DNA of 64,000 nt from Ignavibacteriota bacterium (GTDB lineage Bacteria; Bacteroidota; Ignavibacteria; Palsa-1295), in NCBI GenBank assembly GCA_963787835.1, contig CAWBEI010000002.1:1152001-1216000 (forward strand), read 5' to 3'. Made by a program: the position numbers and the translations under genes. Shown here piece by piece: positions 9,689-19,773 of the stretch; positions within the stretch are counted from its first letter, which is position 1; every line of letters starts with the position of its first letter. A model generated the notes under the pieces. That model was not told the origin of the DNA, did not search any database, and was given only the letters and a program-made list of their open reading frames with translations.

Positions 9689-11884
9689 TTAATTCTTACC
9701 AAATACATCCAGAAAATCGGTCCCAGCCCGCATATCCTGGTCATTGTTGGCGATGATCCAACCTTCGGCAAGCTGCTGATCGACGAGGCCATCGATGAAC
9801 CGGCTTGGCTTGGAAAGCACAATGCCGGATTCGCGATCGTACAAATTTGTCGGATAGGTAATGATGAGATGTTCCTTAGCGCGCGTGGCTGCAACGTACG
9901 TCAACCGGCGCTCTTCTTCCAGATCTTCCGGGTCTCGCGCGGCATGAACGGATGGGAACCTGCCATCGAGGCAGTTGGTGATGATGACGGTGTTCCATTC
10001 CAGTCCCTTTGCAGAATGGATCGTGCTTAGCGTGAGAATTTCATCATCGCGCGTGCCTTCTTCCACATCGGTCATGGAGTCCGTTGGAGGGTCGAGCGAA
10101 AGATCGGAGAGAAGGGATGTTAACGAGCGATAGCGTTCTGTGATAAGCTGAAATGTTTCAATATCCTTCTCTCGCTTTTGATGATCGTCGTATTTTTTGC
10201 GAAGGATGGGTTTGTAATATTCGATGAGATGCTCCATTTTTTCTGGCGGAGTCAGCTTCTCGTTCGAAACAAACTTTAGCGTGCTAAAAAGGTTAACTAA
10301 ATTCTGGGGCATTTTGGAAAATTCGAATGGAGGTGGCACAGTACCCTCCATTACAGCATCGCTGAATTTGCCGAATGACACACGCCCATCCCCAATATCA
10401 TTGACGATCTTCTCCGCCGTCTTCGGGCCAATGCCATCATGTAAAAGCAAAATTCGATACCAGCTTACCGCATCTTTCGGATTTTGTATCACGCGCAGCA
10501 TGGCCGTGAGATCTTTGACATGCGAAGTCTCGATAAACTTCATCCCGCCGAATTTCTGGAAGGGAATATTCGCTCGCTGTAATTCCAGTTCCAGATCGAA
10601 AGACATATATCCCGAGCGAAACAGCACCGCAATATCTTTCAGGCTCACACCCATCTCACGGTATTCAAGAATCTTCTCGACTACATAAAGCGATTGCTGC
10701 GCCTCATTCTCCGCACAAACTATTTGCGGCATTTCGCCAAGTTCGTGCCGTGAGTAGAGCGTTTTCTCATACCGCTTGACCGCCATAGAGATGACGTGAT
10801 TTGTCAGCGTGAGTATCGGCTGTGTGGAACGAAAATTCTCTTCGAGTGGAATCACCTTCGCGCCAGGGTATTGCTTCGGGAATTCGAAGATATTCTCCAC
10901 TTCCGCTCCGCGAAAACGGTAGATGGATTGAGCATCATCACCAACGACCATCACATTCGGGCCAACCACCCCCCGCCCCTCGCCTTGAAAAGTCGGGGGA
11001 GACTGCGGGATTTGTTCCCCCTCCTTAAGAAGGAGTGGGTTAGGGGGTGGTAGAGCCAGCAGCTCGACGATCCGTGCTTGCAAACGATTCACATCCTGAT
11101 ACTCATCTACCATGATATAACGGTAGCGTTGGTTCAGCGTTTGCCTAACCTTCTCATTTTGTTCGAGAAGCAGTACAAGATTGGTCAGCAGATCGTCATA
11201 GTCCATTGCGTTAGACTTGCGCTTGTATGCATGATACCCGTGTGCAAGTCGGAGAATATCCGGCAGATCTTCGATGAAATGAGGGAAATCGTTCTCGATG
11301 ACATCTTCGAGTGCGATGAGTTTGTTGACCGCGAGCGAGAACATTGCGCCGAGCGTAGTCTTGCGAGGGAACCGGCGGCGCGCGGTTGCAAGCCCCATTT
11401 GCGTTCGAAGCAAATTGATGGCATCGTGCGAATCGCTCTGATCGAGAATGGTAAAATCATTATTGAATCCGATCAGGCTGGCATAATGACGAAGCGTAAG
11501 ATTGGCAAACGAATGGAATGTACCGCCCGCGACATTCTCTGCTGAGCGGTCATGCAACAGCGCGGAAGCGCGCCGAAGCATTTCCTGCGCGGCACGGCGC
11601 GTAAAGGTAAGAAGAAGAATGGATTTCGGATCGATGCCCTGTTCAACTAATCTGGCCACACGATACGTAAGCGTTCGCGTCTTGCCCGTCCCCGCGCCTG
11701 CGATCACAAGCGCAGGACCATCCTTATGTTTTACAGCTTCGAATTGCGCGGCATTTAATTCCTGCTCGTAGCGCACCTTGAACCGCGATTCATCGACGAA
11801 CGCAGCATCGGCCGCACGCTTTAATACGAAGCGTTTCGGAGCAATGGCAGGAGTTGTTGTGCTGATGGGCACCTGTTCGGGCAT
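9689..11884 (-). CDS. UvrD/Rep/PcrA family ATP-dependent helicase
   Basis: AGAGTGKT, DEYQD, GDDAQSIY, STIHSAKGLEW, EERRL.YVA.TRA; carries an in-frame repeat insertion. Confidence 0.95.
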   Translation of the reverse strand: MPEQVPISTTTPAIAPKRFVLKRAADAAFVDESRFKVRYEQELNAAQFEAVKHKDGPALVIAGAGTGKTRTLTYRVARLVEQGIDPKSILLLTFTRRAAQEMLRRASALLHDRSAENVAGGTFHSFANLTLRHYASLIGFNNDFTILDQSDSHDAINLLRTQMGLATARRRFPRKTTLGAMFSLAVNKLIALEDVIENDFPHFIEDLPDILRLAHGYHAYKRKSNAMDYDDLLTNLVLLLEQNEKVRQTLNQRYRYIMVDEYQDVNRLQARIVELLALPPPNPLLLKEGEQIPQSPPTFQGEGRGVVGPNVMVVGDDAQSIYRFRGAEVENIFEFPKQYPGAKVIPLEENFRSTQPILTLTNHVISMAVKRYEKTLYSRHELGEMPQIVCAENEAQQSLYVVEKILEYREMGVSLKDIAVLFRSGYMSFDLELELQRANIPFQKFGGMKFIETSHVKDLTAMLRVIQNPKDAVSWYRILLLHDGIGPKTAEKIVNDIGDGRVSFGKFSDAVMEGTVPPPFEFSKMPQNLVNLFSTLKFVSNEKLTPPEKMEHLIEYYKPILRKKYDDHQKREKDIETFQLITERYRSLTSLLSDLSLDPPTDSMTDVEEGTRDDEILTLSTIHSAKGLEWNTVIITNCLDGRFPSVHAARDPEDLEEERRLTYVAATRAKEHLIITYPTNLYDRESGIVLSKPSRFIDGLVDQQLAEGWIIANNDQDMRAGTDFLDVFGKN

Positions 11885-11969
11885 GCAAGGCTAACGGGCA
11901 ATGCAGGATGGCGGTTTCCCTCTCTTGGTAAAGTGGCATTCTTTCCGAGCTACCATCGTTTTCTCGATC

Positions 11970-12965
11970 ATGTTAAAGCAAATCTTGCTGTTGTTTCCAC
12001 TTGCGCTAATGCTGATGGCCGTTGGGTGTAGCCAAGCTGTGGCGCCAACGGAATTGAATCTACATTTACCTCCTGGCATTCCGCTTGGAGCAGTTAATGG
12101 GGAATATGGCTTTAATTTAAACGGGAAGGCTTACGACAGCGGAATTCCGAATAGTGATGCGGGCAGTGCAGATTTGAATCCTGGGCAAAGCGGCGGTGGC
12201 GCAAGTCTGTTCGTCGGCTTGTTTTATGATTTCAATAACGGAATTTATGGAGATGTCAATCTCAGTATTCCACTTACGGTTCCCGCACCGCAAATGATGC
12301 CAATTTCCAGTTCGGGCCAAGGAATTCATGCTACAGGAACCCTCGATTGCGATTCCATAGGTTATATTTATTATGGGGCTTTACCGGGTGGAATTGTTAA
12401 CATAACTAAATTTGACACTATCAATAATCTTGTTTCAGGGACGTTCGAGTTTAATGCATCTGAAACCTCTCCTAATGTTGATCTAACTAAGACTGCAAGT
12501 ATCACCACGGGGTATTTCAATAATATTCCTATTGAACAAGGAGGCTACGGTCAGGGAAGTGTTACAGCAATGCTGAATGGATCCCCATTTACTACTAACA
12601 ATAATGGGTTTGAGTATGTGGCAGCAAGTCACGAAGGTGGGGGCCTGTATCTTTGGGCAAATGGTCAGGGCAATCTGCTGTATAATGAGCTTACGATTCA
12701 GGGAATTCCTATGGCGGTCGGCACGTATTTTATGAACGACAGTATCAAAGCGCCAAATTTTTATTATTGGGATTGGGGGAATGAAAAAGAAAATGTTGGT
12801 TCTCAAAGCCCCGGCTCGTTTGGTAAGCTCATAATCACAATGTGCGATTCCGCCCATCGCCGCATTTCTGGCTCATTCCAATTCTCTGCAATCGATTCCT
12901 TAGGAAATACAGTGAGTATCACCAACGGTTTGATCAATAATGTACTGTGGGAGCCGTGGCAATAA
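11970..12965 (+). CDS. Lipoprotein with two tandem beta-rich domains (DUF6252-like)
   Basis: Lipobox AVGC; repeated G...IT..D....(V/I)SG.F.F.A....IT.G..NN motif. Confidence 0.55.
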   Translation: MLKQILLLFPLALMLMAVGCSQAVAPTELNLHLPPGIPLGAVNGEYGFNLNGKAYDSGIPNSDAGSADLNPGQSGGGASLFVGLFYDFNNGIYGDVNLSIPLTVPAPQMMPISSSGQGIHATGTLDCDSIGYIYYGALPGGIVNITKFDTINNLVSGTFEFNASETSPNVDLTKTASITTGYFNNIPIEQGGYGQGSVTAMLNGSPFTTNNNGFEYVAASHEGGGLYLWANGQGNLLYNELTIQGIPMAVGTYFMNDSIKAPNFYYWDWGNEKENVGSQSPGSFGKLIITMCDSAHRRISGSFQFSAIDSLGNTVSITNGLINNVLWEPWQ

Positions 12966-12968
12966 TTA

Positions 12969-14318
12969 TCAGAACTTCAACGCGTTCGTAAATGGATTAG
13001 CCTTCGCATCGCGGGAGGAAAGCGGTTTTATGCCCCATCGTTTTTCGATAAGCGAGAGAATGCTCACCGTTTCATATTGGGTGTGATCGACGAAATGCTT
13101 TTTCGCGAACGGTGAAATAACGATCGCCGGCACACGGACGCCGGGACCCCATTTATCTATTTTCGGTGGCGCAACGTGATCCCAGAATCCGCCGTGTTCA
13201 TCGTAGGTGACGATGATAACGCAATCGTTCCAGTCCGGCCCGTTGCGTACGGCGTTGATAAGGTCTTCGAGATGTTGCTCGCCGGCCATGACGCTCGAAT
13301 AGCCGGGATGTTCGTTTAACTCACCAATGGGCTTTACGAATGCGACGGCTGGCAGTGTACCGGCTTTCGCTTGCGCGATAAAATCGTTCTCATCTCTCAA
13401 ATGCGCCGCTTTTGCAGAAGTTCCATCCGCATAATTTTTGAAATATTCGAATGGCTGATGATGATATTGGAACAAGCTGTCGGGATGTCCGGCAAGGGCA
13501 TCGTTCCAACCGCCGCTGTACCATGCCCAGTCGATATTCTTTTCGGACAGTTTATCGCCTATGTTGGGCATTGTTAATCCGGGAACCAGTGTCTTCTCAT
13601 CTTTCACTTTTGGGTGCGGCGTGTAAACCGAATAGACGGTATTGATCAGATAACCATCCGGAGTTGCACCGCCATCCTTTTTCAAATTACCTTTTTTATC
13701 GAGGATGGCTCGCATGGATTTCGGAGCGTCTTTCCATTGCGGCGTTGCGGCGGCAATAGTCCAGATATGATTGAGCCACGAGCCACCGAACGCACTATGA
13801 AAGAAATGATCGCACAACGTATAGTTTGTAGCCTCTTGCATCGCAACTGGAAAATCGGCGGTATGATAATAACCCATCGAAAGACCCTTTGCATCGCTCA
13901 CAGCCGCAAATTTATCCATCTTTCCGCCATCGATCTGTTCCCGTTCCTGATAATAGCGGTGCACGAGATCGGAGGTCAGTACCGAGGGCGAAAGAAATTG
14001 ATCGATGTTGAAATATTTATTTGGCAGTACGGGGGCAGGATTGAAATGCTTGGTGTCACTCCAGGGCAGCGTGGTATAAGGCTTTCCGTTGGCGGTGTCG
14101 ATCTGTGTGTAGTTCGCTTTCGTCGCTTTGGAAAGTCCATCGGCGCCTGGGAACTCCCCATAGAGATTATCGAAGCTGTGGTTCTCCATGTACAGTACGA
14201 TGATATGCCCGATCTTTTTAATTCCCTTTGGCGCAGAGGTGGTTTTGTGGGAATGCGTTATCGGATTGGAATGAAATCCGAAAAAAAAACTTAGGAGGAG
14301 AATTAAGGTTTGAATCAT
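12969..14318 (-). CDS. Secreted acid phosphatase / phosphoesterase (AcpA, phospholipase C family)
   Basis: [45 protein letters not shown]. Confidence 0.9.
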   Translation of the reverse strand: MIQTLILLLSFFFGFHSNPITHSHKTTSAPKGIKKIGHIIVLYMENHSFDNLYGEFPGADGLSKATKANYTQIDTANGKPYTTLPWSDTKHFNPAPVLPNKYFNIDQFLSPSVLTSDLVHRYYQEREQIDGGKMDKFAAVSDAKGLSMGYYHTADFPVAMQEATNYTLCDHFFHSAFGGSWLNHIWTIAAATPQWKDAPKSMRAILDKKGNLKKDGGATPDGYLINTVYSVYTPHPKVKDEKTLVPGLTMPNIGDKLSEKNIDWAWYSGGWNDALAGHPDSLFQYHHQPFEYFKNYADGTSAKAAHLRDENDFIAQAKAGTLPAVAFVKPIGELNEHPGYSSVMAGEQHLEDLINAVRNGPDWNDCVIIVTYDEHGGFWDHVAPPKIDKWGPGVRVPAIVISPFAKKHFVDHTQYETVSILSLIEKRWGIKPLSSRDAKANPFTNALKF

Positions 14319-14352
14319 GGAGTTGGATGTCTAATCATCTTTTAAGTTACCA

Positions 14353-14497
14353 TGTCATCCTGAGCGGAGCAATTCGACCCGCATCGACCACGATGCAGGG
14401 AGAATTGCGTAGTCGAAGGATCTTTGGTTAATCGCACGAGATCCTTCGACTACGCAAAACTCCGCTATCGCTGCGTTTTGCTTCGCTCAGGATGACA
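14353..14497. repeat. Long palindromic REP/RPE-like element (TGTCATCCTGAGCG...CGCTCAGGATGACA)
   Basis: 14-bp terminal IR plus inner TGCGTAGTCGAAGGATCT/AGATCCTTCGACTACGCA. Confidence 0.85.
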
Positions 14498-14602
14498 ACG
14501 AGATTGAAACATTGCTAACGTAACGATTGTGCTTTATGAAATCGTTACGAAATTCAGTAAATGTTTGTTCGAATGGGTCAAGAAACCCGTATTTTTGAAG
14601 GA

Positions 14603-15568
14603 ATGCCAAACATAGCGATCATCGGTTGCGGACTTATCGGCGAAATTCATGCAAAATGCCTTGCGGAGCTGGGCGTGCGCCCGGCATTATTTGCAGATGT
14701 CGATATTTCACGCGCTGAAAACTTAGCCTCGATTTATTCGGGTAGGTTTATGAATGATCCGACCGAAGCGATTCGAGATTCTGACATCGACACTGTCTAT
14801 ATCTGCACGTATCACGATACGCATGCGCCATTTGCCATCGAAGCAGCGAAGCAAGGCAAGCATATTTTTCTCGAGAAGCCAATGGCACTGACAGAAAAGG
14901 ATTGCCAAGCAATCGTCGAAGCCATTCAAAAAACTGGCGTGCTTTGCATGACAGGATTCAAGCTGCATTATTATTCACTTGCAAAAAAAGCAAAAGAATT
15001 GATCGGTAAACCAATAGCGCTAACAGCGCATGTTATAGATGGCCGATGGCCGGACGATCATTGGGCCAACGATCCTATTCGAGGTGGCGGGAATGTTCTT
15101 TCACAGGGTTGCCATGCGGTTGAATTATTGACCTGTCTCGCTGGGGCGAAGCCCGTTCGAATTTTTTCGGAGGGTGGGAATCTTCATCATCCGCGATTGG
15201 GAATTGTCGATACGATGACCGCGACCATTGCGTATGAGAATGATGCTGTCGCCACTCTTCTAATAGGGGATGTTGGAGGAATGCCGCACGATGGGAAATT
15301 TACGTTTCAGACAATGAACGGTGTTCAATCCATCCACCTTTATGATCGTCTCACCCATTTAAGTTATTTCGATGGTGTCAGAGAGCAAGTGTTCGCTGGA
15401 GAAGAAGATGGTTTCCTTAACGAGAATCGGGAATTTCTAGCCGCGATTGAAGCGCACCGAAAGCCGGAGACGAATGAACTCGATGGACTGCGAGCGGAGA
15501 TGGTATTGCTGCGAGGGATCGAATCAATAAGAACACATTTGCCACAATCGCTAACGGATTTGCCATGA
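14603..15568 (+). CDS. Gfo/Idh/MocA family oxidoreductase
   Basis: IIGCGLIG, GKHIFLEKPMA, GGG..L..GCH. Confidence 0.9.
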   Translation: MPNIAIIGCGLIGEIHAKCLAELGVRPALFADVDISRAENLASIYSGRFMNDPTEAIRDSDIDTVYICTYHDTHAPFAIEAAKQGKHIFLEKPMALTEKDCQAIVEAIQKTGVLCMTGFKLHYYSLAKKAKELIGKPIALTAHVIDGRWPDDHWANDPIRGGGNVLSQGCHAVELLTCLAGAKPVRIFSEGGNLHHPRLGIVDTMTATIAYENDAVATLLIGDVGGMPHDGKFTFQTMNGVQSIHLYDRLTHLSYFDGVREQVFAGEEDGFLNENREFLAAIEAHRKPETNELDGLRAEMVLLRGIESIRTHLPQSLTDLP

Positions 15569-18267
15569 TGACCCCTCACCCAACCTCTCCCCCAAGGGGG
15601 AGAGTAGTAGAAATGGTCGGTCAATGGCGTGATTACCGGCGTGATGACACGCGGATGGGTGTGCAATCGCTTCCACGAAAAAGTGGAAAACTCGAACAGC
15701 GGTGGTCCATTCATTTAGGCGGAAGCTTTCAGGAGGTTGAGCCAGTGCCGGATGGCTCGGGCGATATTCTCATGGCCGATGCCGGCGGAATTCAGCGCGT
15801 AACAGTTGAGGGAGAATTCCGCTGGAGAACCATGCCATTCGGTGCACACTGGATCGCGGGTGTGTTCGATCTGGATGCGGATGGTCATTTTGAAATTTTG
15901 ACAAGCAATGGGCGGGAAGTAATTATTCTCTCAGCAGAAAAAGGTGAATTTCTCTTCCGTGATACCGTAGGGCCGCCATTCTCGTATGGAACGTATGCAC
16001 CGATGTTCCAGGTGCATTCTTTTTTCAGTAAGGGAATGCAGATTCTCGTACCATGTTTCTCTAATAAGGAAGTGTTGATGTACGATTGCTCCAATGGAGC
16101 AAAAAATACTTGCATTCTTCATCGGTTGTGGATGGATGATAGTTACCACCCCTCCATTGTGATTGGAGATGTCAATAATGATGGGATCGATGAGATCGTG
16201 ATCGCAAGATTGGGTGGAGTATATGTGTTCGAGGCAAATTCCGGCAAAATGATCTCGCAGACGATCTGGAGATCCGATGAAGAACGCAGACGTAACTACG
16301 GGCATTTCGAACTTGCAGACATCAATGGCGATGGAAACCTTGAAGCGATCATCCTGAGTGATAAAGTAACGCGGCATATCGCCGTGCTTGGCAATGATGG
16401 ACGCGGGAATTTTCAGCCATTATGGGACCGGCTTATCGAGCATATTTATCCCAATGATACAACCGAGCTTCGCTACACCACTAACTCCATCCGGGATTTC
16501 GATGGCGATGGGAAGCTCGAAATAGCCGTCAGTATTTTCAATGAGCAGAAGGATGATCGATGGCATACGGAAGTTCTGCGCGCCGAAACTGGGGAACGTA
16601 TTCTCGATCTGCCGGATCAATATTTGCGCGGAGTGCAAGACGTAAATGGGGATGGCAAGCCGGAGCTTTGTCTAAGCTACGAACCAGCGCGAGGACTGCA
16701 ACAGCACTCACGACTGTCAATTTATTCTCCAAAAGATCAATCAATAATTTGGGAATGCGAGAATGCACGTTTCGCCGAGCGAGCCGTGCATCCTAATGGG
16801 AAGTATTCCGAATTCAAGCCGGATGTGTTCGCTTCGCATGAAATTTGGAGCAATGAAAAAGGCGTCTACATTCAAACTGAGGAATTCGGGCTATGCATTC
16901 TGCAAAATAGTTTATCGCTACAATCACTTGGATATAAAGCCTCCCAAAGCTATCGTGTCGCATTGGCTGAACAAGATCGCGTTCTCATTTCGGAAGCAAA
17001 TGGCGATCTCGTTAAGATCACAAAGGATGGGCCGCAGCATTTTCATTCGTGCGGATACCATCTCACAACAGAAGCACATATTTCCGCAAGACCGGGCAGC
17101 ACGGCAACGGTAGCATCATGGAAGGGCGCGCGTTATCTCGCCGTACCGGATTTTTCAGGGAATGTTCAAGTATTAAAAAATGACGGTAATGGAGTTCCGA
17201 AATCTATCCCGAACATTCGCGGTCGCTCAAGGCTGGGATATGATGGAGTCTTTCACGCTGCGAGTATTATCGAAACGAATGATGGCCCGAGGCTTGTCAT
17301 AATAGATGATGAGGGCGTGTCGCATTCCCGGCTTTCACTTTATTGTCTCGAAGGCGAGCGTGTGCGTTCCTATGAGTTTCCTGACATGCCACCAAGTGTT
17401 CTTGGGAATCGTATTGGATGTTATGATTGGCTTTACTTCCAACATTCACGGGGCGAAGCATTATTCGCAAGCTTCTATCAATCGGCTTCGATGAACAGCG
17501 AATGCTCGCTGGCGTTCTTGCTTGAGACCGGAGAAATTTTGTGGCGTAAAGATCGCGTAGGCGTTGGTGATTATGGACGTGGCGTTGGTGCATGGGGAAC
17601 AAGCGGGCTTCGCAACAATATTGCGGTTTTTTGCGCGAAGGATACACTCTGTCATCTCGATCTGGAGACTGGAGAATTCGTTGGTGAACCAAAAGTGCTC
17701 ACGGAATATACCGCCGAAGCAATGAAATCCGTAAATAATTTGCCGGAACAAACACTTTCGACAAGTTCCTCGATCGAAGATCCGTTTACGGCGTATGGAA
17801 CTCCAATAATCAATGGCGATGATGAAATAATTGGTGGATGCTTTGGAGGGTTTGGTATTCTCGACAAATCGGGATTGCCGAAATGGTGGCACAGGGCCGT
17901 ATTTGGCGATGTGCTTTATCGCTTGCCAGGAATAGGTGATATTGATGGCGATGGGAAATTAGAGTTCGGGCAAGGACACGCCGATGGAACCTTCCGAATC
18001 TATGATTACGACACGGGCGAGCTTTGTGCTTCGCTCAATCTAAAAGCCATTTGTACCGATGTTCTGACATTGAATTCCCAATTTATTGTTGGTACAAACG
18101 ACGGAAGGCTTCTCTCTATCGGTTATGACGGCAAAGAGTTTGCTATTATAGACGAATTCGAAACTGGGTCAGCGATGGGTTCGCCCATCGCAGCGGATTT
18201 CGATGGCGATGGTGTCGCGGAGATATATGTTGTGACAGGTGACGGGAATTTACTGTGCTTTATGTAG
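15565..18267 (+). CDS. FG-GAP/VCBS repeat beta-propeller protein
   Basis: Repeated D(V/I/F)(N/D)GDG..E(I/L) motifs; no clear signal peptide. Confidence 0.75.
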   Translation: MMTPHPTSPPRGRVVEMVGQWRDYRRDDTRMGVQSLPRKSGKLEQRWSIHLGGSFQEVEPVPDGSGDILMADAGGIQRVTVEGEFRWRTMPFGAHWIAGVFDLDADGHFEILTSNGREVIILSAEKGEFLFRDTVGPPFSYGTYAPMFQVHSFFSKGMQILVPCFSNKEVLMYDCSNGAKNTCILHRLWMDDSYHPSIVIGDVNNDGIDEIVIARLGGVYVFEANSGKMISQTIWRSDEERRRNYGHFELADINGDGNLEAIILSDKVTRHIAVLGNDGRGNFQPLWDRLIEHIYPNDTTELRYTTNSIRDFDGDGKLEIAVSIFNEQKDDRWHTEVLRAETGERILDLPDQYLRGVQDVNGDGKPELCLSYEPARGLQQHSRLSIYSPKDQSIIWECENARFAERAVHPNGKYSEFKPDVFASHEIWSNEKGVYIQTEEFGLCILQNSLSLQSLGYKASQSYRVALAEQDRVLISEANGDLVKITKDGPQHFHSCGYHLTTEAHISARPGSTATVASWKGARYLAVPDFSGNVQVLKNDGNGVPKSIPNIRGRSRLGYDGVFHAASIIETNDGPRLVIIDDEGVSHSRLSLYCLEGERVRSYEFPDMPPSVLGNRIGCYDWLYFQHSRGEALFASFYQSASMNSECSLAFLLETGEILWRKDRVGVGDYGRGVGAWGTSGLRNNIAVFCAKDTLCHLDLETGEFVGEPKVLTEYTAEAMKSVNNLPEQTLSTSSSIEDPFTAYGTPIINGDDEIIGGCFGGFGILDKSGLPKWWHRAVFGDVLYRLPGIGDIDGDGKLEFGQGHADGTFRIYDYDTGELCASLNLKAICTDVLTLNSQFIVGTNDGRLLSIGYDGKEFAIIDEFETGSAMGSPIAADFDGDGVAEIYVVTGDGNLLCFM

Positions 18268-18322
18268 CGCAAACTTCAGTTTGCGACCCCGCAGGCAAGT
18301 CGCAAACTAAAGTTTGCGCTAC
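18264..18322. repeat. GTAG-type REP doublet
   Basis: GTAGCGCAAACTTCAGTTTGCGAC...GTCGCAAACTAAAGTTTGCGCTAC; its TAG is the stop of the upstream gene. Confidence 0.88.
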
Positions 18323-18325
18323 ATT

Positions 18326-19711
18326 TCACTTTGCCAAACGAATTCCGGTGAATTGCCAGCGTGATTCGGGTGGGAAGAAATTCCGGTACGTTGCGCGGAT
18401 GTGATCCTGTGGAGTTACGCAGGATCCGCCACGAAGTACCATTTGGTTGGACATAAACTTCCCATTGTATTCTCCAAGCGCGCCTTCGGCAACTTTATAT
18501 CCGGGGTAAGGCAGGTATGCGCTGCGGGTCCACTCCCAGGCATCGCCGAACATTTGTGTAGGATGTGTGGCGCAAACTTCAGTTTGCGACTTGGCGGGGT
18601 CGCAAACTGAAGTTTGCGCTACAACAGGATGATAATTTTCATCATCCAGAAAATTGCCTTCGATGGGAAGGTCTTTTGCGGCGAATTCCCATTCGAATTC
18701 GGTAGGTAGTCTTGCACCGCTCCAGGTTGCGAATGCATCGGCTTCGAAGTGGCTGATGTGGGTAACGGGTTCTGAATCTTCGACTTTGCGGAAGCCTTGC
18801 AGGGTCATTGCCCACCATTCGTTTTCGTACAGTTCCCAATATTTTGGGGCTTGCCAGTCATCGGATAGGCAATGTGCCCACCCATCGGAGAGCCAAAGTT
18901 TGGGATTGCTATACCCGCCATCGGCAATGAAATCTTTATACTCGCCATTCGTGATGAGTCGATTCGCCAGTTCAAAGGATTCAATATATTGCCGATGGCG
19001 TGGGCCTTCGTTATCGAAAGAAAAGTCATTGACCACACCCTGGCCCCCTCCTTCTTTAGGAGGGGGGAAAGCTCCGATCTCGATGAGGCCTTCATCGAAT
19101 GAGATCCAATGCAATGGGTGAACTTCTGAGGGAATGATCTCCCGCTGGCGATAGATAGGCCGAAGAGGATTCATCGCAAGAACCGTCTTGACATCCGTGA
19201 GCATCAGCTCCTGATGTTGCTGCTCGTGATTGATTCCCATGATGAGAAGAGGAGCTATTGCATGCAGCACATCACTCGCGCCCTCCGTAATAAGCCGCTC
19301 GATGGAGCGTTCGACATGCAAGCGATAGTTCCTGACTTCCGCAAGCGTCGGGCGCGACATCAGGCCGCGCATATCGCGCGGCGTGCGCGCACCGATGGTG
19401 TTGTAGTAGGAATTAAACAGATACCCGAACTTCGGATGGAACACACGATAGCCGCGCGCGTGCGGCGTAAGAATAAACGTCTCGAAGAACCAGGCGGTGT
19501 GGCCAAGCTGCCATTTGACGGGCGAGCACTCGGTGGAGGTTTGCACCACGCAATCCTCGATGGTAAGCGGTTCGCAGATGCGATCGGTGGTTTCGAGCAT
19601 GCGGAAGTAGCGGCGCAGAAGTTCCTCGCGCTCGATCTCCAGCGCATCGAACGCGGCGCTCGGCTTTCTCCGGTGGGTGAGGGTTTCGGTTTCCATAGTA
19701 TCGTGCGGCAA
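18326..19711 (-). CDS. egtB: Ergothioneine biosynthesis sulfoxide synthase
   Basis: SPVKW.LGHT.WFFE, HEQQHQEL, FDNEGPRH, EYNGKFM, YRNFF....RWQF.G.RLA. Confidence 0.93.
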   Translation of the reverse strand: MPHDTMETETLTHRRKPSAAFDALEIEREELLRRYFRMLETTDRICEPLTIEDCVVQTSTECSPVKWQLGHTAWFFETFILTPHARGYRVFHPKFGYLFNSYYNTIGARTPRDMRGLMSRPTLAEVRNYRLHVERSIERLITEGASDVLHAIAPLLIMGINHEQQHQELMLTDVKTVLAMNPLRPIYRQREIIPSEVHPLHWISFDEGLIEIGAFPPPKEGGGQGVVNDFSFDNEGPRHRQYIESFELANRLITNGEYKDFIADGGYSNPKLWLSDGWAHCLSDDWQAPKYWELYENEWWAMTLQGFRKVEDSEPVTHISHFEADAFATWSGARLPTEFEWEFAAKDLPIEGNFLDDENYHPVVAQTSVCDPAKSQTEVCATHPTQMFGDAWEWTRSAYLPYPGYKVAEGALGEYNGKFMSNQMVLRGGSCVTPQDHIRATYRNFFPPESRWQFTGIRLAK

Positions 19712-19773
19712 ATGGATTGATTTTGTTTAAAACCAAAAGGGAGGGAGATTTATGCCCGTGGGATTTCTCAACT

